This document shows, piece after piece, positions 1 through 9,843 of a DNA stretch of 64,000 bases. Position 1 is the first letter of the stretch, and the number at the start of each line of letters is the position of its first letter. Position numbers and translations under genes: made by a program. The notes below the pieces were generated by a model. That model made no database searches. It was given only the letters and a program-made list of their open reading frames with translations, and was not told where the DNA came from. Source of the DNA: Candidatus Omnitrophota bacterium (GTDB lineage: Bacteria > Omnitrophota > Gorgyraeia > 2-01-FULL-45-10); assembly GCA_028716065.1 (NCBI GenBank), contig JAQUQN010000001.1:13266-77265 (forward strand), given 5' to 3'.

Positions 1-492
1 AAGCGCCTTTACCGCAGAGACGGCTGGTACGAAGGTGATACCGTAAATTACGCCATCGGACAGGGTTATCTTCTGGTGACACCCATACAGGTACTGGAGA
101 TGATGACGATAATAGCGAATGACGGGATGGGCGTGAAACCTTTTGTCGCGAAGAAGGTCGATACGACAAATATATCCGCCGCTGGCAGATACAGGATCCC
201 CGTAAAGGCCGAGACGTTCAAAAGGGTGAAAGAAGGATTATACAAGGCGATCAATTCCGAAAGTGGCACTGCAAGAATGGCCAGGGTCGATGGCCTTTCC
301 GTAGCCGGAAAGACGGGGACCGCCCAGAATCCAGGCGGCAGGACGCACGCATGGTTCGCTGGATTCGCCCCGCTGGAGAATAGTAAGATCGCCGTGGTCG
401 TCTTCCTGGAACACGGCGGACATGGCGGAGGCGAAGCTAGCGAGATCGCGAAAAAGATCTTCGAAAAGGCGCGGGATAAAGGATATATTTAA
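1..492 (+). CDS. mrdA: Penicillin-binding protein 2 (transpeptidase), C-terminal fragment; the gene starts upstream of the window
   Basis: Frame 1 is open from position 1. PBP transpeptidase C-terminal motifs are present (GYxxVTPIQ, KTGTAQ). rodA follows immediately. Confidence 0.8.
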   Translation, partial: KRLYRRDGWYEGDTVNYAIGQGYLLVTPIQVLEMMTIIANDGMGVKPFVAKKVDTTNISAAGRYRIPVKAETFKRVKEGLYKAINSESGTARMARVDGLSVAGKTGTAQNPGGRTHAWFAGFAPLENSKIAVVVFLEHGGHGGGEASEIAKKIFEKARDKGYI

Positions 493-1590
493 ATGTTCGA
501 TAAAAGATTGCTGAGGGAACTGGATAAGGCGCTCATCGTGGCCGTATTTTTGATAGCCGTAATAGGGATCATCACTATCTACAGCGCCACGCACGCAAGA
601 GGATCGACCCCTTACGAAAGTTACGTATTTAGGCAGATGAATTGGCTCCTGATCGGAGGCCTCTTACTGATCGTGATGATCCAGATATCATATCAGAGGT
701 TCATAGATATGGTTTACCTTCTCTACTCGTTCAATGTCATTCTTCTGGCGCTTGTTCTGGTGATGGGAAATGCCAGGCTTGGCGCCCAGCGGTGGTTTTC
801 GCTGGGATCTTTCGCTTTTCAACCGTCAGAATTCATCAAACTGAGCCTTATACTGGCGTTATCCAGTTATATCGGTTCTAAAAAAGAAGAGATGGAGCAT
901 GCCGGAAGCCTTGTCGTGCCTCTATTGTTGCTTTTCATTCCGTTCATTTTGGTCCTGATGCAGCCGGACCTCGGAACGGCGCTCATGCTCATTCCGATAA
1001 CGCTTGTCATGCTTTTCGTAGGCGGGGTGAGAATCAAATATCTTCTGACGCTCACGGCCCTGGGATTATTATCGCTGCCGGTATTCTGGCATTTTTTGCG
1101 CGATTATCAAAAACAGAGGCTTTTGGTCTTCATCGATCCCAATATCGATCCGCTCGGAGCCGGTTACACGATAATACAGTCAAAGATCGCCATAGGTTCG
1201 GGGGGTCTCTTCGGAAAAGGGTGGCTGAGCGGTACGCAGAACAAGCTTAACTTCCTTCCCGAGCGGCACACGGATTTCATATTCTCCGTGATAGGCGAAG
1301 AGTGGGGTCTCTTCGGAGCGATGGCGCTCGCCCTCTTATATATCTTTATCGTAAAGAGGGCGCTCAATATAGCCTTTCTGACAAATGACATGTATGGCAG
1401 GCTGGTGGCTACTGGCGTAGCGTTATTGATATCTTTTCAGGTGATAATCAATATCGGGATGACGATAGGCCTCATGCCCGTCGTAGGCATCCCTTTGCCA
1501 TTGGTAAGTTACGGCGGCTCGAGCATGCTCTCTACATTCATAGCTGTCGGATTATTGTTAAGCGTAGGCATGCGGCGTTCAAAATTTTAA
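493..1590 (+). CDS. rodA: Rod shape-determining protein RodA (FtsW/RodA/SpoVE family)
   Basis: 365-aa polytopic membrane protein with the typical SEDS motifs. Its ATG sits 1 nt after the mrdA stop (TAAATG). Confidence 0.85.
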   Translation: MFDKRLLRELDKALIVAVFLIAVIGIITIYSATHARGSTPYESYVFRQMNWLLIGGLLLIVMIQISYQRFIDMVYLLYSFNVILLALVLVMGNARLGAQRWFSLGSFAFQPSEFIKLSLILALSSYIGSKKEEMEHAGSLVVPLLLLFIPFILVLMQPDLGTALMLIPITLVMLFVGGVRIKYLLTLTALGLLSLPVFWHFLRDYQKQRLLVFIDPNIDPLGAGYTIIQSKIAIGSGGLFGKGWLSGTQNKLNFLPERHTDFIFSVIGEEWGLFGAMALALLYIFIVKRALNIAFLTNDMYGRLVATGVALLISFQVIINIGMTIGLMPVVGIPLPLVSYGGSSMLSTFIAVGLLLSVGMRRSKF

Positions 1591-1608
1591 AATCATAATG
1601 ATAAACAA

Positions 1609-3366
1609 ATGACCGAGTTGAACCAGCTCCTATTAACGGTGCAGAAACCGGCCAGATATATCGGAGGTGAATGGAACGCGGTCCGGAAGGAATGGAACGC
1701 CGGTACCGTAAAGGTCCTGCTCGCCTTCCCGGATGTATATGAAGTGGGCATGAGCTATCTGGGGCAGAAGATACTCTACGGCATATTGAATGAAAGAGAA
1801 GACTGCCTGTGCGAACGCGTCTTTTCGCCATGGCCGGATTTTGAAGATGTTTTAAGGAAGAATGATATTTCCCTCTTCAGCCTCGAATCACGTAAACCGA
1901 TAAAAGAATTCGACATCATCGGTTTCAGCCTCGCCTACGAACTTAACTACACAAATGCCCTGAATATATTAGACCTCGGCGGCATTCCGAAAAAGTCTTC
2001 CGAAAGGACCAATGGCGACCCGCTTATCATCGCAGGAGGGCCTTCCTGTTACAATCCTGAACCCATGGCCGAATTCATCGACGCATTCGTAATAGGCGAC
2101 GGGGAAGAAGCGATCGGAGATGTCATTGATACGTATAAGAGAACGCAGTACGCTGTACGCAGTACGCGGTACGAGCTACTAAAAGAACTGGCGAAGATAG
2201 AAGGGGTATATGTGCCGTCGTTATACGAAGTCAATTATAATGATGATGGTACAATAAAAAAATTTTCTCCTTTGTCGGGCCAGGCCCCCGAGAGAATCAA
2301 GAAAAGAATACTTAAAGATATAGAGAACTCTTACTATCCCACCAAGCAACTTGTACCTTATATACAGATCGTCCACGACAGGATAGCTCTGGAGATAATG
2401 CGTGGATGCGTTCACAACTGCAGGTTCTGCCAGGCGGGAACTACTTACAGGCCATGCCGGCAAAGGTCTGAGGAGAGAGTGATGAGACTTGCCGAGGAGT
2501 CTTATGGCACGACCGGTTATGAAGAGCTATCGCTATTATCTTTATCGAGCGGTGACCATCCGAAGATAAAGGAGATAATAAAAGGGCTCAACCGAATATT
2601 CGAAGGCAAGGCCGTTTCTATCTCCGTGCCTTCCTTGAGGATAGAGGATATCCTGGGAGATCTCCCGGAACTTATATCCCGGGTGAAGAAGACGGGCCTG
2701 ACATTCGCTCCCGAGGCGGGAAGCGAATGCCTGAGAAAGAGGGTGAATAAGAACATCGACATAGAGAAGCTTTATGAGGCCGTTTTGAAATCTTTCCATT
2801 CCGGATGGCGCAGGATAAAATTATATTTCATGATAGGGTTACCCGCGGAGAATGATGAGGACCTTACAGCTATCGGGGAGCTCGTAAAAAAGATTTCTGA
2901 CCTGAAGAAAAATATAGACGGACGGCCCGGCCACGTCACGGCCAGCATAAACGCTTTCGTTCCCAAGCCACATACCTCTTTTCAGTGGGAGGCCATGGCG
3001 AGCATGGAAGAACTCGGCCGTAAAAAAGGGATTTTGCTGGGCAGTGTGAGATCCCGGAACATAGAACTTGATTTTCACCCGTTTGAGAGAGGGTTTGTAG
3101 AGGCAATATTTTCACGCGGCGACAGAAGGTTATCGGAAGCGATCTATAACGCCTGGCGTTCCGGATGCCGTTTTGACGGATGGAGGGATTTTTTTAATTT
3201 CGGGGCCTGGATGAATTCTTTTAAGAATAGCGGAATAGACCCCTTTTTCTATGCATATCGCAAAAGGTCCGGAGACGAGATACTCCCCTGGGATTTTGTC
3301 GATATAGGTATAGGGAAGGACTATTTTCTGAAGGAGGCGAAGACCGCCGGAAATACGGCAGTTTGA
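1609..3366 (+). CDS. B12-binding-domain radical SAM protein (TIGR03960-like)
   Basis: CxxxCxxC motif (RGCVHNCRFCQAG) and an N-terminal B12-binding-like region. This family normally sits next to DUF2344 and rng. Confidence 0.75.
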   Translation: MTELNQLLLTVQKPARYIGGEWNAVRKEWNAGTVKVLLAFPDVYEVGMSYLGQKILYGILNEREDCLCERVFSPWPDFEDVLRKNDISLFSLESRKPIKEFDIIGFSLAYELNYTNALNILDLGGIPKKSSERTNGDPLIIAGGPSCYNPEPMAEFIDAFVIGDGEEAIGDVIDTYKRTQYAVRSTRYELLKELAKIEGVYVPSLYEVNYNDDGTIKKFSPLSGQAPERIKKRILKDIENSYYPTKQLVPYIQIVHDRIALEIMRGCVHNCRFCQAGTTYRPCRQRSEERVMRLAEESYGTTGYEELSLLSLSSGDHPKIKEIIKGLNRIFEGKAVSISVPSLRIEDILGDLPELISRVKKTGLTFAPEAGSECLRKRVNKNIDIEKLYEAVLKSFHSGWRRIKLYFMIGLPAENDEDLTAIGELVKKISDLKKNIDGRPGHVTASINAFVPKPHTSFQWEAMASMEELGRKKGILLGSVRSRNIELDFHPFERGFVEAIFSRGDRRLSEAIYNAWRSGCRFDGWRDFFNFGAWMNSFKNSGIDPFFYAYRKRSGDEILPWDFVDIGIGKDYFLKEAKTAGNTAV

Positions 3367-3391
3367 CAACTCGTATTTTATAGAGTATACT
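3363..3391 (+). promoter_or_regulatory. Sigma70-type promoter TTGACA-N17-TATACT for the GGDEF-pilT operon; overlaps the stop of the upstream gene
   Basis: TTGACA at 3363-3368, a 17-nt spacer, TATACT at 3386-3391. A GGGAGG RBS and ATG 3427 follow. Confidence 0.45.
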
Positions 3392-3426
3392 TATCCTAAT
3401 ATTACATTATAATGGGAGGTAATCAT

Positions 3427-4842
3427 ATGAGAGGCATCTTCAAGAGCTTGGCCCTTATCCCCAAGGGATTGAGGTATAAATTGATGCTCGCCTTCAGCCT
3501 CATGTCCATCATACCGCTTCTTGTCTCCGTCTATCTTATCAATTTGTATATTTTTCCGCGATTGGATAATTTTGCCGACGTCAGTTTGGCAGTTCTATTT
3601 TCAGTATTGATAGCCTTGCTGGGCCTGATCCTGGCCAAGAAGCTCATCGACCCGATCATAGAGATAGCCATCGAAGCGAAGGTGATAGCAGGCGGCGGAT
3701 ATGATAAAAAGATCGCGGTTTCGAGCGATGACGAGATAGGTGTTCTGGGGGAATCGATAAATATCATGACGCAGAAGATAAAATCGAATCTTGACGAGCT
3801 CAAGAACTATGGCCAGAAGACAAGGGAGATAAATCTGGAGATACACAAAAAGGTCCTGGCGCTCACCAATCTTCTGCAGGTAGGAGACATGATATCGGCC
3901 GGTTCCATAGAGATAGACCGTGTTCTCGAATTGGCCGTTCAGAAGGCATCCGCCACCTTCGATAACGGTTACGGAATAATATACATGCCCAGGGATGGGG
4001 AAGGTGATTTTTATGTAAAGGCGTCCAGCAATATCGAGCAGGAGGCGTTGGCGGACCTCGTGATCAAAAAGAGAGGGCATAATCTTCTGGAAAAGGCGTT
4101 ATTCAACCGTTCCATGCTTATCATCGACAGCGGAGTGAAAGAATCGAAAGAGGTAGAGCATTTCAGATCTGCCTACAATGTGAAGAACATGGTAGCCTTA
4201 CCGTTATATTCCTCGAACACGGATCTGGCGGTATTGGTAATCGGAAACAGAGAGGACGATTTTAAATTCAGAAATGAAGATCTGGACCTGATCAAGGTCT
4301 TTGCCAAGCAGATCTCCATCGCCATAGAAAATGAGGTACTCTTCAGAAAGAACAAGGAACTCGTCATCAAGGACGAGTTGACGGGGCTTTATAATAAAAA
4401 CTATATTCTGCCCAGGATGGAGGATGAGATCAGGCGCGCGGTATTCTGTCAGAGGCCGTGTTCTTTTATGATCTTCAACATCGATGATTTCAAGAAGATG
4501 ATGGAACAGGGCGGAGAGCTTGAGGCCGAAGAGATAATAAAGAAGGTGGCCAAACTCATAAAGGACAATACCTCGCCGATAGGCAAGATAGCGAGGATAG
4601 GCGGAGACGAGTTCGCGGTCCTCCTGCCCGAAAAGAATAAAAAAGAGGCCATGGAGGCGGCGGAGGGTATAAGAATAGCCGTGGAGAAGACCTTTTCAAA
4701 AGACGGCAAGCCTTATCTTACGGTAAGCGCCGGAGTGAGCGAGAACCCCATAGACGGTGCCACGCAAGATGAGATACTGAAAAAGGCCCTTGAGGCTCTG
4801 CGTCAGGCAAAAAGTTCCGGAAAAAATAGAGTCTCGGCTTGA
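3427..4842 (+). CDS. Membrane-anchored HAMP-GAF-GGDEF diguanylate cyclase
   Basis: Two N-terminal TM helices, a HAMP-like segment, a GAF domain and an intact GGDEF motif (RIGGDEFAVLL). The GGGAGG RBS lies 6 nt upstream of ATG 3427. The ORF track's 3412 start would include the RBS. Confidence 0.8.
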   Translation: MRGIFKSLALIPKGLRYKLMLAFSLMSIIPLLVSVYLINLYIFPRLDNFADVSLAVLFSVLIALLGLILAKKLIDPIIEIAIEAKVIAGGGYDKKIAVSSDDEIGVLGESINIMTQKIKSNLDELKNYGQKTREINLEIHKKVLALTNLLQVGDMISAGSIEIDRVLELAVQKASATFDNGYGIIYMPRDGEGDFYVKASSNIEQEALADLVIKKRGHNLLEKALFNRSMLIIDSGVKESKEVEHFRSAYNVKNMVALPLYSSNTDLAVLVIGNREDDFKFRNEDLDLIKVFAKQISIAIENEVLFRKNKELVIKDELTGLYNKNYILPRMEDEIRRAVFCQRPCSFMIFNIDDFKKMMEQGGELEAEEIIKKVAKLIKDNTSPIGKIARIGGDEFAVLLPEKNKKEAMEAAEGIRIAVEKTFSKDGKPYLTVSAGVSENPIDGATQDEILKKALEALRQAKSSGKNRVSA

Positions 4843-4859
4843 AAAAAAAGGAGAGTAAA

Positions 4860-5924
4860 ATGGCTCATGACCTGAAAAAACTTTTAAAGGAGATGGTTGA
4901 AAAAAACGCCTCGGACGTTCACATAACGGTCCATTCTCCTATAAGGATGAGGATAGATGAAAAACTCATCTCCATAGATAATCATGACCTAACACCCGAA
5001 GAGACGAAGGAGATATCTTACAGCATCCTGAATAAACAGCAGATAGAGAGGTTTGAGAATGAGCTTGAACTTGACATGTCCTTCGGCCTTGAGGGCGTGA
5101 GCCGTTTCAGGGTCAACATATTCAAACAGAGAGGCTGTATAGGATGTTCCATAAGATTGATCCCCTATGAGATATGGACCTTCGACCAGTGCGGACTACC
5201 CGTCGATGTGGTGACCAATCTTTGCAATAAACCGAAGGGGCTGGTCCTCATAACCGGCGAGACGGGAAGCGGAAAATCCACGAGCCTGGCCTCGATGATA
5301 GACTGGATAAACAAACACAAGGCATGCCACATAATAACCGTGGAAGACCCCATAGAGTTTGTCCATAATAATAAGCAGTCGATCGTCGATCAACGCGAGG
5401 TGTACAGCGATACCTATTCGTTTTCGGCGGCCCTGAAACATGTGTTGAGACAGGATCCCGATGTCATACTGATAGGCGAGATGAGGGACCTGGAGACGAT
5501 AGAGTCCGCTTTGATAATCGCCGAAACGGGACACCTGGTATTGGCGACGCTGCATACTTCCGACTGCGTCCAGACAATAAACAGGATCATAGATGTCTTC
5601 CCGTCGCATCAGCAGCAGCAGATAAGGACCCAGCTCTCATTCGTTCTAATAGGGGTTTTGTCGCAGCAATTGATACCCAAGATAAAAGGCCCCGGCCGCA
5701 TCCTCGCGACGGAAGTATTGATAGTAAACCCGGCCGTCAGAAGCCTGATAAGAGAGACGAAGATACATCAGCTCTATTCCGTGATACAGACATCGCAGAG
5801 AGAGGGCATGAAGACGATGAATCAGGCTTTGTACGAACTCTATCAGAAAAAACTCATATCCTATGAAGAGGCCTTCGCGAGATCGACGGATCCGGATGAC
5901 CTCTCGAGGATCTTTAAAAGGTAA
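4860..5924 (+). CDS. pilT: Type IV pilus retraction ATPase PilT
   Basis: Walker A GETGSGKST, the PilT-specific AVRSLIRE motif, and a length of about 354 aa. The AAGGAG RBS lies 6 nt upstream of ATG 4860. The gene is tightly packed after the GGDEF gene. Confidence 0.85.
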   Translation: MAHDLKKLLKEMVEKNASDVHITVHSPIRMRIDEKLISIDNHDLTPEETKEISYSILNKQQIERFENELELDMSFGLEGVSRFRVNIFKQRGCIGCSIRLIPYEIWTFDQCGLPVDVVTNLCNKPKGLVLITGETGSGKSTSLASMIDWINKHKACHIITVEDPIEFVHNNKQSIVDQREVYSDTYSFSAALKHVLRQDPDVILIGEMRDLETIESALIIAETGHLVLATLHTSDCVQTINRIIDVFPSHQQQQIRTQLSFVLIGVLSQQLIPKIKGPGRILATEVLIVNPAVRSLIRETKIHQLYSVIQTSQREGMKTMNQALYELYQKKLISYEEAFARSTDPDDLSRIFKR

Positions 5925-5933
5925 GATATAGAT

Positions 5934-6383
5934 ATGATTCCCATAAGGCGAATAGTCTCCAAACAACTGGGTGAGCTTCTTCTTGAAAGGAATATAATAA
6001 ATAAGGCCCAGCTCGAGAAGGCCCTTCAGATACAGAAGGAAAAAGGCGGGCTGATAGGGCAGGTGCTTGTCATGCTGGGTTACGCCACCGAAGAACAGAT
6101 AGCCCAGGCCCTTACCGTACAGTATGGGTTTCCGTACCTGCCGCTCGATAACTATGAGATAAATACCGAAACCATCAAGATAATCTCGGAAAATGTCGCA
6201 AAACAATATAATCTGATAGCGATAGACAAGATAGGCGAACTCATGACCATCGCGATGTCGAACCCGTTGAATTATCAGGCCATCGAAGATATAGAGATGA
6301 TCACCAAGTGCAAGGTCCAGGTATTTGTGAGCACGATGACAGATATCAATAACGCGATAAAAAAATATTATACCAAGAGATAG
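5934..6383 (+). CDS. Stand-alone GspE/MshE N-terminal (T2SSE_N/MshEN-like) domain protein; putative c-di-GMP receptor
   Basis: 149 aa matching the N-terminal domains of the two downstream PilB proteins. Contains the MshEN-type motif QLGELLLERNIINKAQLEKALQIQ (RLGxxLxxxGxIxxxxLxxxLxxQ pattern). Confidence 0.65.
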   Translation: MIPIRRIVSKQLGELLLERNIINKAQLEKALQIQKEKGGLIGQVLVMLGYATEEQIAQALTVQYGFPYLPLDNYEINTETIKIISENVAKQYNLIAIDKIGELMTIAMSNPLNYQAIEDIEMITKCKVQVFVSTMTDINNAIKKYYTKR

Positions 6384-8123
6384 ATGATAGCTACATTAAG
6401 AGAACGCCTGACGAAGATACTTATCGAGAAGAAACTCGTAAAAGAGAAAGACCTCTCGAACGCCCTTGCCGCCCAGAAGGAAAGAGGGGGGTCCTTAAGC
6501 GACATACTCGTCGGCATGGGCCTTGTCTCCAAGGGCGACCTCATGATAACCCTGAGCCAGGAACTCGGTATCCCTCCGATAAATCTTTCCAGATGCAAGG
6601 TAGACCCGCAGGTGATCAAATTGATACCGAAGAAGACAGCCAAGCATTATAATATCCTGCCCATATCCAAGATGGGAGGGACCCTTACCGTTGCCGTGTC
6701 CGATCCGCTGAATATACTGGCGATCGACGATATAAAGACGCTTACCGGATTTAAGATAAATCTTGCGATAACCACCGACAAGGATATCAGGGACGCCATC
6801 GGGCAATATTATGAAGAGACGGCGTATATCGCAATCGAAAAGATCGTAGAGGGCATGCAGGAGGAATCGGATATAAAGATGATCGAAGCGCACGAAGGCG
6901 AGTCATCGGTTGCTTCATCGGAATTGTTGAAACTGACCCAGGAAGCGCCTGTCGTGAAGATCACCAATCTCATCCTTTCCGAAGCCGTCAGCCTGAGGGC
7001 AAGCGATATACTCATCGAACCCACCGATAACGCGCTTCGTATAAGATACAGGGTCGACGGTATCCTGCAGGAGGCCGAGAAACATCCGCCCAAAGTGCTG
7101 CATGGCGCTATAATCTCCCGCCTGAAAGTAATGTCCACTCTGGATATCGCCGAGCGCCGCCTGCCGCAGGACGGAAGGTTCAAGATAAAATTACACGGCC
7201 GCATCGTGGACTTCAGGGTATCGGTCCTGCCTTCAAGCAAGGGCGAAAAGGTCGCGTTGAGGATCCTGGACAAGTCACAGGCCATGCTCAACATAGATTC
7301 ACTCGGGTTCGATAAAAGGTCAGTGGACGAGATAAAACGATGCACGACAAGGCCGCATGGCATGATATTGATATGCGGGCCTACCGGCTGCGGAAAGACG
7401 ACGACCCTATATTCTATTCTCAATCACATAAATTCTCCCGAAGACAATGTCGTTACAGTAGAAGATCCGGTGGAATATCTCATAGAAGGCGTGAACCAGG
7501 TCACATCCAGGCCGGATATAGGGCTGACATTTGCCGGGGCATTAAGGTCGATCCTGAGACAGGATCCCGATATCATCATGATCGGCGAGATAAGGGATCT
7601 CGAGACGGTCGACATTGCCATAAAGGCCGCTTTGACGGGGCATCTCGTCCTGAGCACTCTTCACACCACGACTGCTCCCGGTTCGATAATAAGACTGGTT
7701 AACATGGGAGTGGAACCTTTTCTCATGACATCATCCCTTATCATGGTAGGCGCGCAGAGGCTCGTGAGAAAGATATGCCCGAATTGCAAGGAGCCGCATG
7801 AGTTGAGTGACGAGGTTCTGAAAAAACTTAAAATAAAACAGTCCGGTAAAAAAGCTGTATTCTATAGAGGCAAGGGATGCAATGCGTGTTTAAATACCGG
7901 TTATAAAGGGCGTGTCGGGCTCATAGAGGTGCTCGTCTTAAGCCCGTCTATCAGGGCTCTCATTCTGGAGGGTGCGCAGGAATACAGAATAATGGATCAG
8001 GCCAGGCGTGAAGGCATGATGAGCTTGAGAGAAAACGGTTTACAGGCCGCGCTGTACGGGATAACGACCCTGGACGAGGTTTTGCGCGTGACTGTAGGTG
8101 ACCAGGAGATAGAGGCGAAATAG
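6384..8123 (+). CDS. pilB: Type IV pilus assembly ATPase PilB/GspE, paralog 1
   Basis: N-terminal T2SSE_N domain, Walker A GPTGCGKTTT, Asp/His boxes, and a tetracysteine motif (CPNCKEP...CNAC). Confidence 0.85.
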   Translation: MIATLRERLTKILIEKKLVKEKDLSNALAAQKERGGSLSDILVGMGLVSKGDLMITLSQELGIPPINLSRCKVDPQVIKLIPKKTAKHYNILPISKMGGTLTVAVSDPLNILAIDDIKTLTGFKINLAITTDKDIRDAIGQYYEETAYIAIEKIVEGMQEESDIKMIEAHEGESSVASSELLKLTQEAPVVKITNLILSEAVSLRASDILIEPTDNALRIRYRVDGILQEAEKHPPKVLHGAIISRLKVMSTLDIAERRLPQDGRFKIKLHGRIVDFRVSVLPSSKGEKVALRILDKSQAMLNIDSLGFDKRSVDEIKRCTTRPHGMILICGPTGCGKTTTLYSILNHINSPEDNVVTVEDPVEYLIEGVNQVTSRPDIGLTFAGALRSILRQDPDIIMIGEIRDLETVDIAIKAALTGHLVLSTLHTTTAPGSIIRLVNMGVEPFLMTSSLIMVGAQRLVRKICPNCKEPHELSDEVLKKLKIKQSGKKAVFYRGKGCNACLNTGYKGRVGLIEVLVLSPSIRALILEGAQEYRIMDQARREGMMSLRENGLQAALYGITTLDEVLRVTVGDQEIEAK

Positions 8124-8126
8124 AAT

Positions 8127-9842
8127 ATGGCCGAATCTTTTAAAAATAAACTCATAGAAATTCTTATCAAAAGCAAGGGCCTGAAGGAATCAGACCTCAA
8201 TAAGGCGCTCGAGACCCAGAAGAAGTCCGGCGGGAGCCTTAGCAAGATAATGGTAGACAACGGGTTCATCACGCAGAAGTCATTGATGCTCGTCTTGAGC
8301 CAGCAGCTGAGCATTCCTCCCATCAACCTATCCAAATTCAAGATCAACAAGGAAGTCCTCGGCCTAATACCTGAGAAAATGGCAAGGCAGTATTCGCTCA
8401 TACCCATATCAAAGATCGGGAACGTCCTTACGGTAGCGATGGCGGATCCGCTGAATATCTTCGCCCTGGATGACCTGAAGATGATAACGAAATTCAGGAT
8501 AGATCCGGCAATATCCACCGAGAATGATATAAGGGAAGCCATAGATAATTATTACGGGCTCCATGCCCAGGACATATCGAAGGTATTTGAAGAGGCGCCC
8601 ACCGCGGATGTTGAGCTGGTGGAAGAAGAGCGTGTGGACGTGAGCGAGGCCACGGAAGAGAGCCAGAAGGCCCCGATAGTCAAGGTGGTAAATCTGATAC
8701 TGGACGAGGCCCTCAAGAAACGGGCGAGCGATATTCATATCGAACCTTGCGAGAATTTTTTGAAAGTGAGATACAGGATAGACGGCAGCCTTCATGATAT
8801 TCTCACGCTTCCCAAGAGCAATCAGAACGCCGTCCTGGCCAGGCTCAAGATAATGTCGAGGCTCGATATCACCGAGACGCGCCTTCCGCAGGATGGAAGG
8901 TTCATGATAAATTTCGAAGGCAAGCCGATAGATTTCAGGGTATCCGTCCTGCCGGTAGTTTTCGGAGGAAAGGTCGTGTTGAGGGTCCTGGATAAATCCA
9001 GCCTGAGCATCGGGCTGGAAAAGTTAGGATTTTTACCGGGGCCGCTGGCCACGTTCAAGACCGCGCTTGAAAGGCCTTATGGGATGATACTCGTTACGGG
9101 TCCTACGGGAAGCGGAAAGTCGACCACATTATATTCCATCATCAACCAGCTTAACAAACCCCAGCGCAACATAATCACCCTGGAAGATCCGGTCGAATAT
9201 GAACTGGACGGTATCACGCAGATACCGGCACGGCCGGAGATAGGCTTGACTTTCGCCAACGGCCTGCGTTCGGTGCTCAGGCAAAGTCCCGATATCGTGA
9301 TGGTGGGCGAGATCAGGGATTTTGAGACGGCAGATATAGCCATAAAGGCTTCTTTGACGGGACAGTTGATATTGAGTACGCTCCATACAAATGATTCTGC
9401 CGGAGCGATCACCAGGCTCATCGACATGGGTGTGGAGCCGTTCCTGGCCGCTTCCAGCCTCGTGTTGCTGACCGCTCAAAGGCTGATGAGAAAGATATGC
9501 CCGAGCTGTAAGACCGAAGAAGGTGTCCCGGCAAATGTCCTAGAACGCATAGGGTTGAAACATCAGGAATTGATAAAAAAAGGGACCAGGAAGTTCTATA
9601 AAGGAGCGGGTTGCGCAAGATGCAACAAGACCGGATATTATGGAAGGATCGGCATACTGGAGGCCTTCCTTGTCGATGACCACGTAAGGGACATGATAAT
9701 GAAAAAGGTTTCGAGCGACGACATAAAGGATTACGCCGTCAAAGAACTGGGCATGAAGACATTGAGAGACAACGCGGTGGAAAATTTCATGAATGGTCTC
9801 ACGACGCTCGAAGAAGTTTTCAGGGTTACCTCGGAGGATTAG
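8127..9842 (+). CDS. Type IV pilus assembly ATPase PilB/GspE, paralog 2
   Basis: Same architecture as paralog 1, with Walker A GPTGSGKSTT and CPSCK...CARC. Confidence 0.85.
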   Translation: MAESFKNKLIEILIKSKGLKESDLNKALETQKKSGGSLSKIMVDNGFITQKSLMLVLSQQLSIPPINLSKFKINKEVLGLIPEKMARQYSLIPISKIGNVLTVAMADPLNIFALDDLKMITKFRIDPAISTENDIREAIDNYYGLHAQDISKVFEEAPTADVELVEEERVDVSEATEESQKAPIVKVVNLILDEALKKRASDIHIEPCENFLKVRYRIDGSLHDILTLPKSNQNAVLARLKIMSRLDITETRLPQDGRFMINFEGKPIDFRVSVLPVVFGGKVVLRVLDKSSLSIGLEKLGFLPGPLATFKTALERPYGMILVTGPTGSGKSTTLYSIINQLNKPQRNIITLEDPVEYELDGITQIPARPEIGLTFANGLRSVLRQSPDIVMVGEIRDFETADIAIKASLTGQLILSTLHTNDSAGAITRLIDMGVEPFLAASSLVLLTAQRLMRKICPSCKTEEGVPANVLERIGLKHQELIKKGTRKFYKGAGCARCNKTGYYGRIGILEAFLVDDHVRDMIMKKVSSDDIKDYAVKELGMKTLRDNAVENFMNGLTTLEEVFRVTSED

Positions 9843-9843
9843 G

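Noticed and set aside
3412-3426. ORF-track start of the GGDEF gene at 3412 and of pilT at 4839 (TTG)
   Set aside because: The upstream extensions contain the GGGAGG and AAGGAG ribosome-binding sites themselves. The starts were moved to ATG 3427 and ATG 4860.
7340-7702. His/Arg-rich plus-strand ORF (and 36512-36970, 32021-32275, 41810-41992)
   Set aside because: These are alternative frames inside pilB, gatA, ppiC and tsaD respectively. The composition is typical of out-of-frame translation of GC-rich coding DNA.
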